Part shown: positions 1-8,013 of the stretch, piece after piece
Position numbering within the stretch: the first letter of the stretch is position 1
How the letters are laid out: each line of letters starts with the position of its first letter
NCBI GenBank assembly: GCA_900316035.1
Contig: ONBI01000001.1
Location: forward strand, 23,675-87,674
From: an uncultured Eubacteriales bacterium
GTDB lineage: Bacteria > Bacillota_I > Bacilli_A > RFN20 > CAG-288
DNA length: 64,000 nucleotides
Direction of reading: 5' to 3'
The notes under the pieces: generated by a model
Told to the model about the DNA's origin: nothing
The model's input: the letters and a program-made list of their open reading frames with translations, nothing else
Database searches by the model: none
Program-made: the position numbers and the translations under genes

Positions 1-303
1 CATTCCTTTGAGGTTTTCCTGATAGGTTCCGTAAGGAGTCGTATATCTGGTGGGATCCTGGATCTTTTCGTCATTATGACCGAACGAAATCAAAGCGATA
101 TCCCCTTCCTTTGCTCTCTCCAAGCCTTCTTTGAACAACCCTTCGTCAAGAAACGACTTTGTCGACCGACCGTTTTTCGCAAAGTCGAGAACCCCGACTC
201 CCTCTTTGAGATACGGTCCAAGTTCCTGTGGCCATCCTTCCTGAGGATAAGTGTCAGGACCATTGAGCTGCATCAGGGAATCTCCGAAGCAGAGAAGATT
301 CAT
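1..303 (-). CDS. SGNH/GDSL-family hydrolase (acetylesterase-like), N-terminal part only; gene runs off the left edge
   Basis: Minus-strand ATG at 303..301. My translation is MNLLCFGDSLMQLNGPDTYPQEGWPQ...ISFGHNDE, which carries the GDS(L) block and a GxND block. ATGA overlap with the stop of the kinase gene. Confidence 0.65.
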   Translation of the reverse strand, partial: MNLLCFGDSLMQLNGPDTYPQEGWPQELGPYLKEGVGVLDFAKNGRSTKSFLDEGLFKEGLERAKEGDIALISFGHNDEKIQDPTRYTTPYGTYQENLKGM

Positions 304-1307
304 CGTACTACCTCCCCATGCCCTTCACAGGCTAAGAAGGTCTTAAGATCCTCTTCGCTGAATTCGGCCTGATCGCCGAAGATCGTCTGCGCCAAAATCG
401 AGTTAGCTAAGCCATACGCTAACGCCAATTCCTTGCTCCCTCCGTCTTTGAAATATCCGTATAACGTACCGGCAGAGAAGGCATCTCCTGCTCCGATACG
501 GTCAAAGATATCGAATTCGATTTCTTTTCCAACCGTCTTTCCTTCCGGCGTATAGACAATCGGAAGTAAGGACTGACGATGCGGAGAAAGAATCTTTCTC
601 TTCTTGGTGAAGAGCGCTTCATAGCCTTTTGCTTTGCAGGCTTCGGCTAAGAAAGCATCGTCGTCTTTGGTATCCGAGTTATAACCTAACAGAGTCCGAA
701 TATCCCAAGGCGTTGCATAGACGATATCGGCAAGCTTAGCAACTTGAGGATAGACTTTCTTGGCTTCTTCGACCGAAATCAGCTTCGAACGGTAGTTGAA
801 GTCGAAGACGACCTTGAGTCCCATCTTCTTAGCCGCTTTGACCGCGGCAAGAACGGTAGCCGCACTATTTTGAGAAATCTCCAAGGTGATACCGGAGACA
901 TAGAAGATATCGGCTCTTTGGAAGGCTTTCTTGAAATCAAAGTCACTAGGTTCCATTAGGGATGCGGCCGAGTGCTTGCGGTGATAGACGACTTTCGAAG
1001 CTCTTGGGCCATCTCCAGGTTCTACAAAGTAGATACCTAAGGGAGAATGCGTAGGATCACTAGCGAAGAAAGAAGTATCGACTCCCATCTCCTGAAGTCT
1101 CTTTTTGGCAGCCAGGGAGATTTCATCGTCTCCTAAGCGGGTGAGATAACGGGTTTGGAAACCTAAGGAAGAGAGAGACATCAAGACATTGGCTTCCGCT
1201 CCTCCGTAATTCACGCGGAGAGACTTTGCGTCTTTTAATAAAATGCCATCGGGGGAAGTAAGTCGTAAGAGAAGTTCTCCCATGCTGACAACGGTTTTAG
1301 TGCTCAT
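300..1307 (-). CDS. kdgK: PfkB-family sugar kinase, 2-dehydro-3-deoxygluconokinase-like
   Basis: 335-aa ORF with ribokinase-like layout and C-terminal DRIGAGDAFSAG motif. Neighbours are hexuronate-pathway type genes. Confidence 0.7.
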   Translation of the reverse strand: MSTKTVVSMGELLLRLTSPDGILLKDAKSLRVNYGGAEANVLMSLSSLGFQTRYLTRLGDDEISLAAKKRLQEMGVDTSFFASDPTHSPLGIYFVEPGDGPRASKVVYHRKHSAASLMEPSDFDFKKAFQRADIFYVSGITLEISQNSAATVLAAVKAAKKMGLKVVFDFNYRSKLISVEEAKKVYPQVAKLADIVYATPWDIRTLLGYNSDTKDDDAFLAEACKAKGYEALFTKKRKILSPHRQSLLPIVYTPEGKTVGKEIEFDIFDRIGAGDAFSAGTLYGYFKDGGSKELALAYGLANSILAQTIFGDQAEFSEEDLKTFLACEGHGEVVR

Positions 1308-2121
1308 AGATGAGTTTTTCTCCTTTCTTCACAACAAGGTAATCGTCATCGACCTTCAGATAGACATCTTCCCTTGACGGATTGACGAATCCGCCATCCC
1401 GGTAATAGACCATGGTAGCGGCATTGCAATAGGTGTAGATTTCTCCGTTGGTAAGGAAAGCAACATCTTCTTTCTTTTCTTCTAAGATAGAAGCAATCTT
1501 TTCTAACGTAGAGAAGGGGCAACTAGGTTGAATAGCAAACTCATAGGAGTGGCCCCAGATATATAGACAGGCTAATTCTTTCCTTACGGCGAAGAAGGAA
1601 TCAAGAATCTCATAGATCCTAGGATCGTTATGATGGATCGTCGGATGCCAAAGCAGGAAATTGAACGGAAGAGAGAAATCATAGGTGGAACGGGTCGTTC
1701 TTCCGTATTTGATACCGAGTTCTTTTAAAGCTCTTAAGGTATCTTGGTTATAGGTTCCATAAGGATAAGCAGAACCGAGGATCTTTCTTCCTGTCAGTTT
1801 CGTAAGTCCTTCGATATCGAGCTGATACTGTTTCTTCTGTTCTTCGTAAGGAAGAGTTTCAAGATGAGGATGTGTATAGGTATGAGTCGCTATCTCCATC
1901 CCGTCATAGAGAGAGTATTCCTTCTCTAAGACGAGATGGGAACAGTCGATTCCCTCACGGATCTTCTCTTCTCCGGACTGACCGAGATTGAGATTGAAAG
2001 TACCTTTCAAGCCGTGACTTTTCAGGATCTTGACGGTGGTCCGATCCTGAAGGATCGAATCATCGTAAGAGAAAGTCGCAGCTTTCGTTTTGAATCCCGG
2101 ATAGAGAAGAGTGAAATCCAT
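1297..2121 (-). CDS. Polysaccharide deacetylase (NodB-homology) family protein
   Basis: 274-aa ORF with FSYDDS (TFDD-like) and HTYTHPHL His motifs of the NodB fold. Confidence 0.7.
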   Translation of the reverse strand: MDFTLLYPGFKTKAATFSYDDSILQDRTTVKILKSHGLKGTFNLNLGQSGEEKIREGIDCSHLVLEKEYSLYDGMEIATHTYTHPHLETLPYEEQKKQYQLDIEGLTKLTGRKILGSAYPYGTYNQDTLRALKELGIKYGRTTRSTYDFSLPFNFLLWHPTIHHNDPRIYEILDSFFAVRKELACLYIWGHSYEFAIQPSCPFSTLEKIASILEEKKEDVAFLTNGEIYTYCNAATMVYYRDGGFVNPSREDVYLKVDDDYLVVKKGEKLIYEH

Positions 2122-2139
2122 GCGTGTTTTTCCTCGAAG

Positions 2140-3096
2140 TTAACGGACCGAAGCGTATTCGACCGAAGCAAAGGCGTTATTCGTCGTAGTGAAGAAAGCA
2201 ACGGCATCGGCTTCACAGAAATCGGTAGAGGAGATTCCGGTATCGACCCAGTGATTGTCGACATCCTTGACGAGATCTTCGTTCTCCCAATCGATCGACA
2301 TCTGCCAATCGTTGTAATACCAAGATCCGCTCTGATTCTTAAGAAGACGATGACGGGAGCTTCCCTTCTTGCGGTTATCCTTGAAGGATTCCGCATAGTT
2401 GATAGCCTTTCCTTCGACAAAGGTCTTGAAGTTCTTCAGGGCCGTTGCAAAGTAAGGGTAAAGATTCGAAGAAGCCGAAAGGAGAGGCGAATTGTTGGGG
2501 AAAGCAGGGGTAAGAGAAGAAGCAGCATAGCTATCGCCGTTCTTCTTCACGATCTTGATATTGCCGGAAGTGACATCGCTATAGTAGGACTCGATACGGG
2601 CATTGAGCTTATAGGTATCGGTCGGAGTCGTGTTGAAGTAACGGGTGAGATCCGAAGTATCGGATTCATCGCTTGCTCCTGGGACAGAGTAAAGAGCGAC
2701 TTCCCCAGCCGAAGCATAAGAAGCCGTTTCGTCCTCACTTCTCGCGTGGCCCTGATAGTAGGTGTTACCGATCTGAATATAGGTAGGATAATAGACGGTT
2801 CCCTTGGTGCCATCGAAAAGCGGAGCGTTCTCTACCGAGAAGTAGTTTCCTTCGCCTAAAGCAGTCGCATCGCTCTCGCTGATACGGGCCCAGACGGAAG
2901 GAGAATAGGTCGCATCGATCTTCAGGTCCTGAATCTTGTCGTTATACGCGGTGACATCGGTCTTGAGATAGAGGTTACCGTAAGCGAAGGTGGTCGAGAC
3001 ATCCTGATAGTAGCAGGTGCCTGTCACTTCTTTCGCGCAGGATGTGAGCGGAAGAAGGAAAGGTAAAATACAGAGTGAGAGAATCTTTTTCTTCAT
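2140..3096 (-). CDS. Putative lipoprotein, function unknown
   Basis: 318-aa ORF. N-terminus MKKKILSLCILPFLLPLTSC is a signal peptide with a lipobox Cys. Confidence 0.65.
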   Translation of the reverse strand: MKKKILSLCILPFLLPLTSCAKEVTGTCYYQDVSTTFAYGNLYLKTDVTAYNDKIQDLKIDATYSPSVWARISESDATALGEGNYFSVENAPLFDGTKGTVYYPTYIQIGNTYYQGHARSEDETASYASAGEVALYSVPGASDESDTSDLTRYFNTTPTDTYKLNARIESYYSDVTSGNIKIVKKNGDSYAASSLTPAFPNNSPLLSASSNLYPYFATALKNFKTFVEGKAINYAESFKDNRKKGSSRHRLLKNQSGSWYYNDWQMSIDWENEDLVKDVDNHWVDTGISSTDFCEADAVAFFTTTNNAFASVEYASVR

Positions 3097-3151
3097 GGAA
3101 TATCATCCTTTCTAGGCCGAAGCCTAAGAGAGACTAGTAAGGGGTAGAAGG

Positions 3152-3961
3152 TTACTTAGGCTGTTTACCGATGTAGGCTAAGATACCGCCATCGACATAG
3201 AGGATATGGCCGTTGACAAAGTTAGAAGCATCCGAGGCAAGGAAGACAGCCGGACCCTGTAAATCTTCCGGAGTTCCCCATCTTCCGGCCGGAGTCTTGG
3301 CGCGGATGAAGGCATCGAACGGATGAAGCGAACCATCGGGCTGCTTGACACGTAAAGGAGCGGTCTGCGGAGTGGCGATATAGCCAGGGCCGATACCGTT
3401 GCACTGAATGTTATAAGCGCCGTATTCGGAGCAGATGTTGCGGGTGAGCATCTTCAAGCCACCTTTAGCGGCCGCATAGGCAGAGACGGTCTCTCTTCCG
3501 AGTTCCGACATCATGGAGCAGATATTGATGATCTTTCCATGTCCTTCCTTGATCATATAAGGAATGACGGTCTTGGAGACGATGAACGGAGCGTTGAGAT
3601 CGACATCGATGACCGCACGGAAGTCCGAAGCGGACATCTCGGTCATCGGGATACGTTTGATGATACCGGCATTGTTGACAAGAATATCGATATGACCGAA
3701 CTTCTCGATGATCTTCTTGACGAAGGCCTGAACCTGGTCTTCCTTGGTGACATCGCAGACACCGCCATAGGCAGTGATGCCTTTGGCCTTATAGGCTTCG
3801 ACACCCTTCTGATACTTTTCTTCGCTGAGATCGTTGAAGACGATCGTCGCACCCTGAGCCGCAAAGGCCGAAGCGATAGCAAAACCGATGCCGTAGCTTG
3901 CACCGGTGACCCAGGCAACCTTTCCGTCAAGACGGAAATTTAGATACGAATTTGTTTCCAT
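3152..3961 (-). CDS. SDR-family oxidoreductase, gluconate 5-dehydrogenase / KduD-like
   Basis: 269-aa ORF with TGASYGIG, NNAG and YAAAKGG (YxxxK). The ICSMMSELGRETVSAYAAAKGGLKMLTR block resembles IdnO/Gno-type enzymes. Confidence 0.8.
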   Translation of the reverse strand: METNSYLNFRLDGKVAWVTGASYGIGFAIASAFAAQGATIVFNDLSEEKYQKGVEAYKAKGITAYGGVCDVTKEDQVQAFVKKIIEKFGHIDILVNNAGIIKRIPMTEMSASDFRAVIDVDLNAPFIVSKTVIPYMIKEGHGKIINICSMMSELGRETVSAYAAAKGGLKMLTRNICSEYGAYNIQCNGIGPGYIATPQTAPLRVKQPDGSLHPFDAFIRAKTPAGRWGTPEDLQGPAVFLASDASNFVNGHILYVDGGILAYIGKQPK

Positions 3962-4103
3962 AATGTATTTCCTCTTTTCTGAGGACCATTATAGCAAACT
4001 TGTATACAAGAATGAAAGGGGTTTAAAAGTTATTGTGCCTAGCGCACAAAACAGACTTTGGAACCATTCAAAAAGCTCTGCCCCGAAGGACAGAGCCATG
4101 TGT

Positions 4104-5510
4104 TTACTTCCAGTCGATCGAATGGTAGAGAGCAAGATACTGCTTGGCGGATTTATCCCAGGAGTAATCTCCTGCCATACCGACTTTGATCAGAGGATCC
4201 ATTCTACCGGAATCGTAGGTATCCATCGCCCTATGGAAGGCTTTGAGACAGCCATCCTTATCCCAGTTATAGAAGGTGAAGCCGTTTGCGATATCGCCTT
4301 TGCTGATATCGAAGACCGTATCGTTAAGACCTCCGACATCGGAGACGATCGGAAGTGTACCATAACGCATCGCGATCATCTGGCTTGTGCCACAGGGTTC
4401 AAAATAGGAAGGCATAAGGAAGAAATCACTTGCCGCATAGAGAAGATGAGCAAGATTCTCATCGTAACGTTTGACGAGATAGACTTCCGGATGCTGTAAA
4501 GCATGATAGAGAACATCCCCTTCCATCTCGCCGGTACCGATGATGATCATCTTGGCATGGCGTTTTGCTAACTCCGGGAAGAGAGATTCGATTCTATCGA
4601 CACCTTTCTGGGAAGAAAGACGCGTGATCGCACTGAACAAGGCACCGCTGAAGTTTTCATCCATGCCTAAGGATTTAAAGATAGCTCTCTTATTGATAGC
4701 TTTCTTCTCCCGATAGTCGGCATAGGTGTAATTTTCAACCAGATGCGGATCACTCGCCGGATTCCAGATATCGACATCCAAGCCGTTTACAATACCCGAG
4801 AAATCATAGTGACGGCACCAATCGATGATGGCGCCGATACCACCGAAGCCGGTGTGATCGTTGAGAAGTTCTTTCGCGTGGGTCTTGGAAACCGTGTTGA
4901 TCTTATCGGCCGACATGATACCGGTCTTGAGATAGTTGAAGCTATCTCCTAAACGGACATAGCCGGAATCGTAGTAACCGGGCTGAAGGTTGAAGTAAGA
5001 CATCAAATCGTCTCTTGTCGCCCATCCTTGATAAGCGGGGTTATGGATGGTCAGAACCGTCTTGATCTTCTTCGGATTGTAGTTGAGAAGAACCGGAAGA
5101 ACGGCGGTCTGCCAATCGTTGCAGTGGACGACATCGTAATCGTTATGACGGGTCAGGAAGGTGTTGACCGCCATGATGAAGCAGGCGAAACGTTCTTTAT
5201 CGTCTCCATAGCCATACATCTGGTCACGGTCGAAGCGGTCCATCGCCGTAAAGTAGAAATGGACGCCATCCCGATAAAGGTGGAAGACGCCACAGCCTTG
5301 GGTTCTTCCTCCCATACGGAAATCGTACTGATCGAAGAAGCCGTTCAGGACTTCCGGATGCTTCGTTCTAATCTGCTTATAAAGAGGAAGGATGATAGAG
5401 ACATCTTCGCCTAATTTGGCTAAGGCTTTTCCATAGGAGTAAGCGAAATCCCCTAATCCACCGCTTTTCGCATACGGAAGAGACTCCGGCGTAACTATCA
5501 GGATCTTCAT
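4104..5510 (-). CDS. glgA: Glycogen synthase (ADP-glucose type)
   Basis: 468-aa ORF. N-terminal MKILIVTPESLPYAKSGGLGD motif. Lies directly downstream of glgC/glgD. Confidence 0.9.
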   Translation of the reverse strand: MKILIVTPESLPYAKSGGLGDFAYSYGKALAKLGEDVSIILPLYKQIRTKHPEVLNGFFDQYDFRMGGRTQGCGVFHLYRDGVHFYFTAMDRFDRDQMYGYGDDKERFACFIMAVNTFLTRHNDYDVVHCNDWQTAVLPVLLNYNPKKIKTVLTIHNPAYQGWATRDDLMSYFNLQPGYYDSGYVRLGDSFNYLKTGIMSADKINTVSKTHAKELLNDHTGFGGIGAIIDWCRHYDFSGIVNGLDVDIWNPASDPHLVENYTYADYREKKAINKRAIFKSLGMDENFSGALFSAITRLSSQKGVDRIESLFPELAKRHAKMIIIGTGEMEGDVLYHALQHPEVYLVKRYDENLAHLLYAASDFFLMPSYFEPCGTSQMIAMRYGTLPIVSDVGGLNDTVFDISKGDIANGFTFYNWDKDGCLKAFHRAMDTYDSGRMDPLIKVGMAGDYSWDKSAKQYLALYHSIDWK

Positions 5511-6629
5511 TTAGACAATATCTCCTCTGGCGACATAAAGCGGAGCTTCTTCACTTCCTTCTAACGAAGTGACATGAAGGACTTTCACATCACGGTCGCA
5601 GACCACATGGTCAAGATGAGCGCCCTGCGAGATCACGACATCGTTACCGATGACGGAGTTCTCGACGACGGCTCCGGCTTCAATGGTGACATTACGTCCG
5701 AGAATCGAATTCTTGACACTGCCTTTGATGAGACAGCCATTTGCTAAATAGGAGTTAGAAACTTCACTACCTACCGCATAACGGACCGGCGGAGTATCGT
5801 AGGTTCTGGTATGGATTGGCCAATCCGGAGCAAAGAGCGAATCGAAGACCTTGCGGTCTAAGAGTTCCAACGAATACTTGAGATAATGCGGAAGCGAATC
5901 AAAAGAGCGGACATAGCCTTTGAACTCGACCGCACGGATGAGGCCGGTCGGAGCAAGGTAGGTCAGACAATCGAAGAGGTTGAAGAAAGAGGAAGTACCC
6001 TGAGCATACTCAATCAAGGATTCGAGCATCGGATAATCGAGGATGATGGTGCCTAAAGAAATATCTCCGGCATCTTCCTGTCCGACGTTGACTTCCATCG
6101 CTTTGACTTTGCCTTTCATGTTGAGGCTGAGTTTTCTTGCACCGAGATAGGTGTTCGATAAGCCTTTTGCAACATGGGTATAGAGCATACTGACACGGCT
6201 ACCCGAGGCGATATGGTCTTCGACCAGTTTTTCAAAGTCGGCTTCGTAAACGAAGTTCGGCTGCACTAAGACGATATAATCCGGATGGACATCGCGTAAG
6301 AAGACTTTGTTTTCGACTAAATCTGCGACATCGGTGTTATAGGCAGGATTTGCAACATTCGGCTCATCGTAAAGAACCTGAAGATCTCCGAGCTTCGTAT
6401 TGGAGATCCAGCTTCTTCCGTTACCGACATGATGGGAGAGAGAACGGATGTGGTTCTGGCAGAGAATACCGATATTGATGATATCGGAATTGAGGAAGTT
6501 CGAAAGCGGGAAATCGATATAGGCATAACGGCCTAAGAAGGAAGTGGAGGCGACGGAGCGGTGCTTCGTAAGAGGACCGAGCTCCGGAATGTCGAAGCAA
6601 TCGACTAAGCCGGCGATTTTAATGGACAT
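5511..6629 (-). CDS. glgD: Glucose-1-phosphate adenylyltransferase regulatory subunit GlgD
   Basis: 372-aa GlgC paralogue (RYAYIDFPLSN) that lacks the GGxGxRL motif. Sits between glgC and glgA, as in Bacillota. Confidence 0.8.
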   Translation of the reverse strand: MSIKIAGLVDCFDIPELGPLTKHRSVASTSFLGRYAYIDFPLSNFLNSDIINIGILCQNHIRSLSHHVGNGRSWISNTKLGDLQVLYDEPNVANPAYNTDVADLVENKVFLRDVHPDYIVLVQPNFVYEADFEKLVEDHIASGSRVSMLYTHVAKGLSNTYLGARKLSLNMKGKVKAMEVNVGQEDAGDISLGTIILDYPMLESLIEYAQGTSSFFNLFDCLTYLAPTGLIRAVEFKGYVRSFDSLPHYLKYSLELLDRKVFDSLFAPDWPIHTRTYDTPPVRYAVGSEVSNSYLANGCLIKGSVKNSILGRNVTIEAGAVVENSVIGNDVVISQGAHLDHVVCDRDVKVLHVTSLEGSEEAPLYVARGDIV

Positions 6630-6649
6630 GATGCGTTTCTCCCTTTCCT

Positions 6650-7777
6650 TTAGTCATCCTCAGGAACGTCGTTGACAAGTGCGACTTCCTTAATATCTCC
6701 TTCGACATCTTTATCGACCACGGTCTTCGGACCGACGATCGCATTGGTGAGCTTGACACCTTTCTTCACAACCGCACCCGGAAGGATGACGGCGTTTTTG
6801 ACTTTGGCGTCGCGCTCAATCGTGACTTCGTTACAGATGACCGAATGGGTGACCGAACCATAAACGATAGCGCCCTGGTTGATGACGGAATCGGAGATCT
6901 TGGCGCTCGAAGCGATATACTGCGGACGGGAAGCGGTATCGGCCGAGAAGATCTTGAAGTCGTTGCTGAAAAGATCGAGCGTACATTTCTCATCGAGCAG
7001 GTCCATATTGGATTCCCATAAGGACTGAACCGTACCGACATCTTTCCAGTAACCTTGGAAAGGATAAGCGAAGAGTCTCTTTCCGCCTCCTAAGAGAGTC
7101 GGAAGGATGTTCTTACCGAAATCGTGAGCGGATTTCTCATCTTTGGCATCCGCAATCAAAGCTTCACGGAGTAAGGAGTACGTGAAGATATAGATACCCA
7201 TCGAAGCATAATCGGATTTCGGGGCCTTCGGTTTTTCCTGGAACTCGGTGATTTGGTTCTTCGGATCGGCGACAACGATACCGAAACGGGGTGCTTCTTC
7301 CATCGGAACACGGATGCAGGCAATGGTGCAGTCGGCATTGTTCTTCTTATGGAAAGCAAGCATCTCGGCATAATCCATCTTATAGATGTGATCGCCCGAG
7401 AGGATCACGACATATTTGCAATGGGTCTTATCGAGCCAGTCGATGTTCTGATAGATAGCATCGGCGGTTCCTAAGTACCAGCTAGCACCCTGCGGAGTCT
7501 CTCTCGGAGGGAGAATCGAAGCCAGGGAATTCGTACCGTTAAGGCCCCAGTTACGGCCGGAACCGATGTAATTGTTGAGATCGGTCGATTCGTACTGGGT
7601 CAGAATACCGACATGATGGATACCGGAATTGGCAACATTGGAAAGCGGGAAGTCGATGATGCGGTATTTGCCACCGAAGAAGACGGCTGGTTTAGCGGCT
7701 TTGGCTGTCAGGGATTTGAGTCGGGTTCCTCTCCCGCCGGCTAGGATCATCGCGACCATTTCTTCGCTCGTGGACAT
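6650..7777 (-). CDS. glgC: Glucose-1-phosphate adenylyltransferase
   Basis: 375-aa ORF with ILAGGRGTRL...KPAVFFGGKYRIIDFPLSN. Confidence 0.92.
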   Translation of the reverse strand: MSTSEEMVAMILAGGRGTRLKSLTAKAAKPAVFFGGKYRIIDFPLSNVANSGIHHVGILTQYESTDLNNYIGSGRNWGLNGTNSLASILPPRETPQGASWYLGTADAIYQNIDWLDKTHCKYVVILSGDHIYKMDYAEMLAFHKKNNADCTIACIRVPMEEAPRFGIVVADPKNQITEFQEKPKAPKSDYASMGIYIFTYSLLREALIADAKDEKSAHDFGKNILPTLLGGGKRLFAYPFQGYWKDVGTVQSLWESNMDLLDEKCTLDLFSNDFKIFSADTASRPQYIASSAKISDSVINQGAIVYGSVTHSVICNEVTIERDAKVKNAVILPGAVVKKGVKLTNAIVGPKTVVDKDVEGDIKEVALVNDVPEDD

Positions 7778-7931
7778 ATGGTTCCTCCTATTTGTAAGCG
7801 TTTACTTATAAGATTATTATAATCTACAACCACTTAAATGGGTTGTAGAAAATAAACACAGCCAACTCTTTCGGAGAAGATTTCATCCCGGAGAACAGAC
7901 AATATTCCTTTTTCGTCTTTTCCATTATAAG

Positions 7932-7977
7932 GCGGAAAAAGGAAAAAGAGCCGAAAGAATCCGCTTTTTCCGGCTCT
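7932..7977 (-). terminator. Intrinsic terminator after the EAL gene
   Basis: On the minus strand, agagccggaaa / tttcggctct forms a stem (one bulge) followed by ttttcctttttcc. Confidence 0.55.
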
Positions 7978-8013
7978 TGAGAGAATATTTAAAGGCGTTT
8001 TACGGAAACGATG

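Noticed and set aside
1936-2859. 307-aa plus-strand ORF spanning the deacetylase and lipoprotein genes
   Set aside because: It is antisense to two well-supported minus-strand genes and crosses their intergenic gap. The product is R/S/I-rich low complexity with no motif or RBS. It is a typical shadow ORF.
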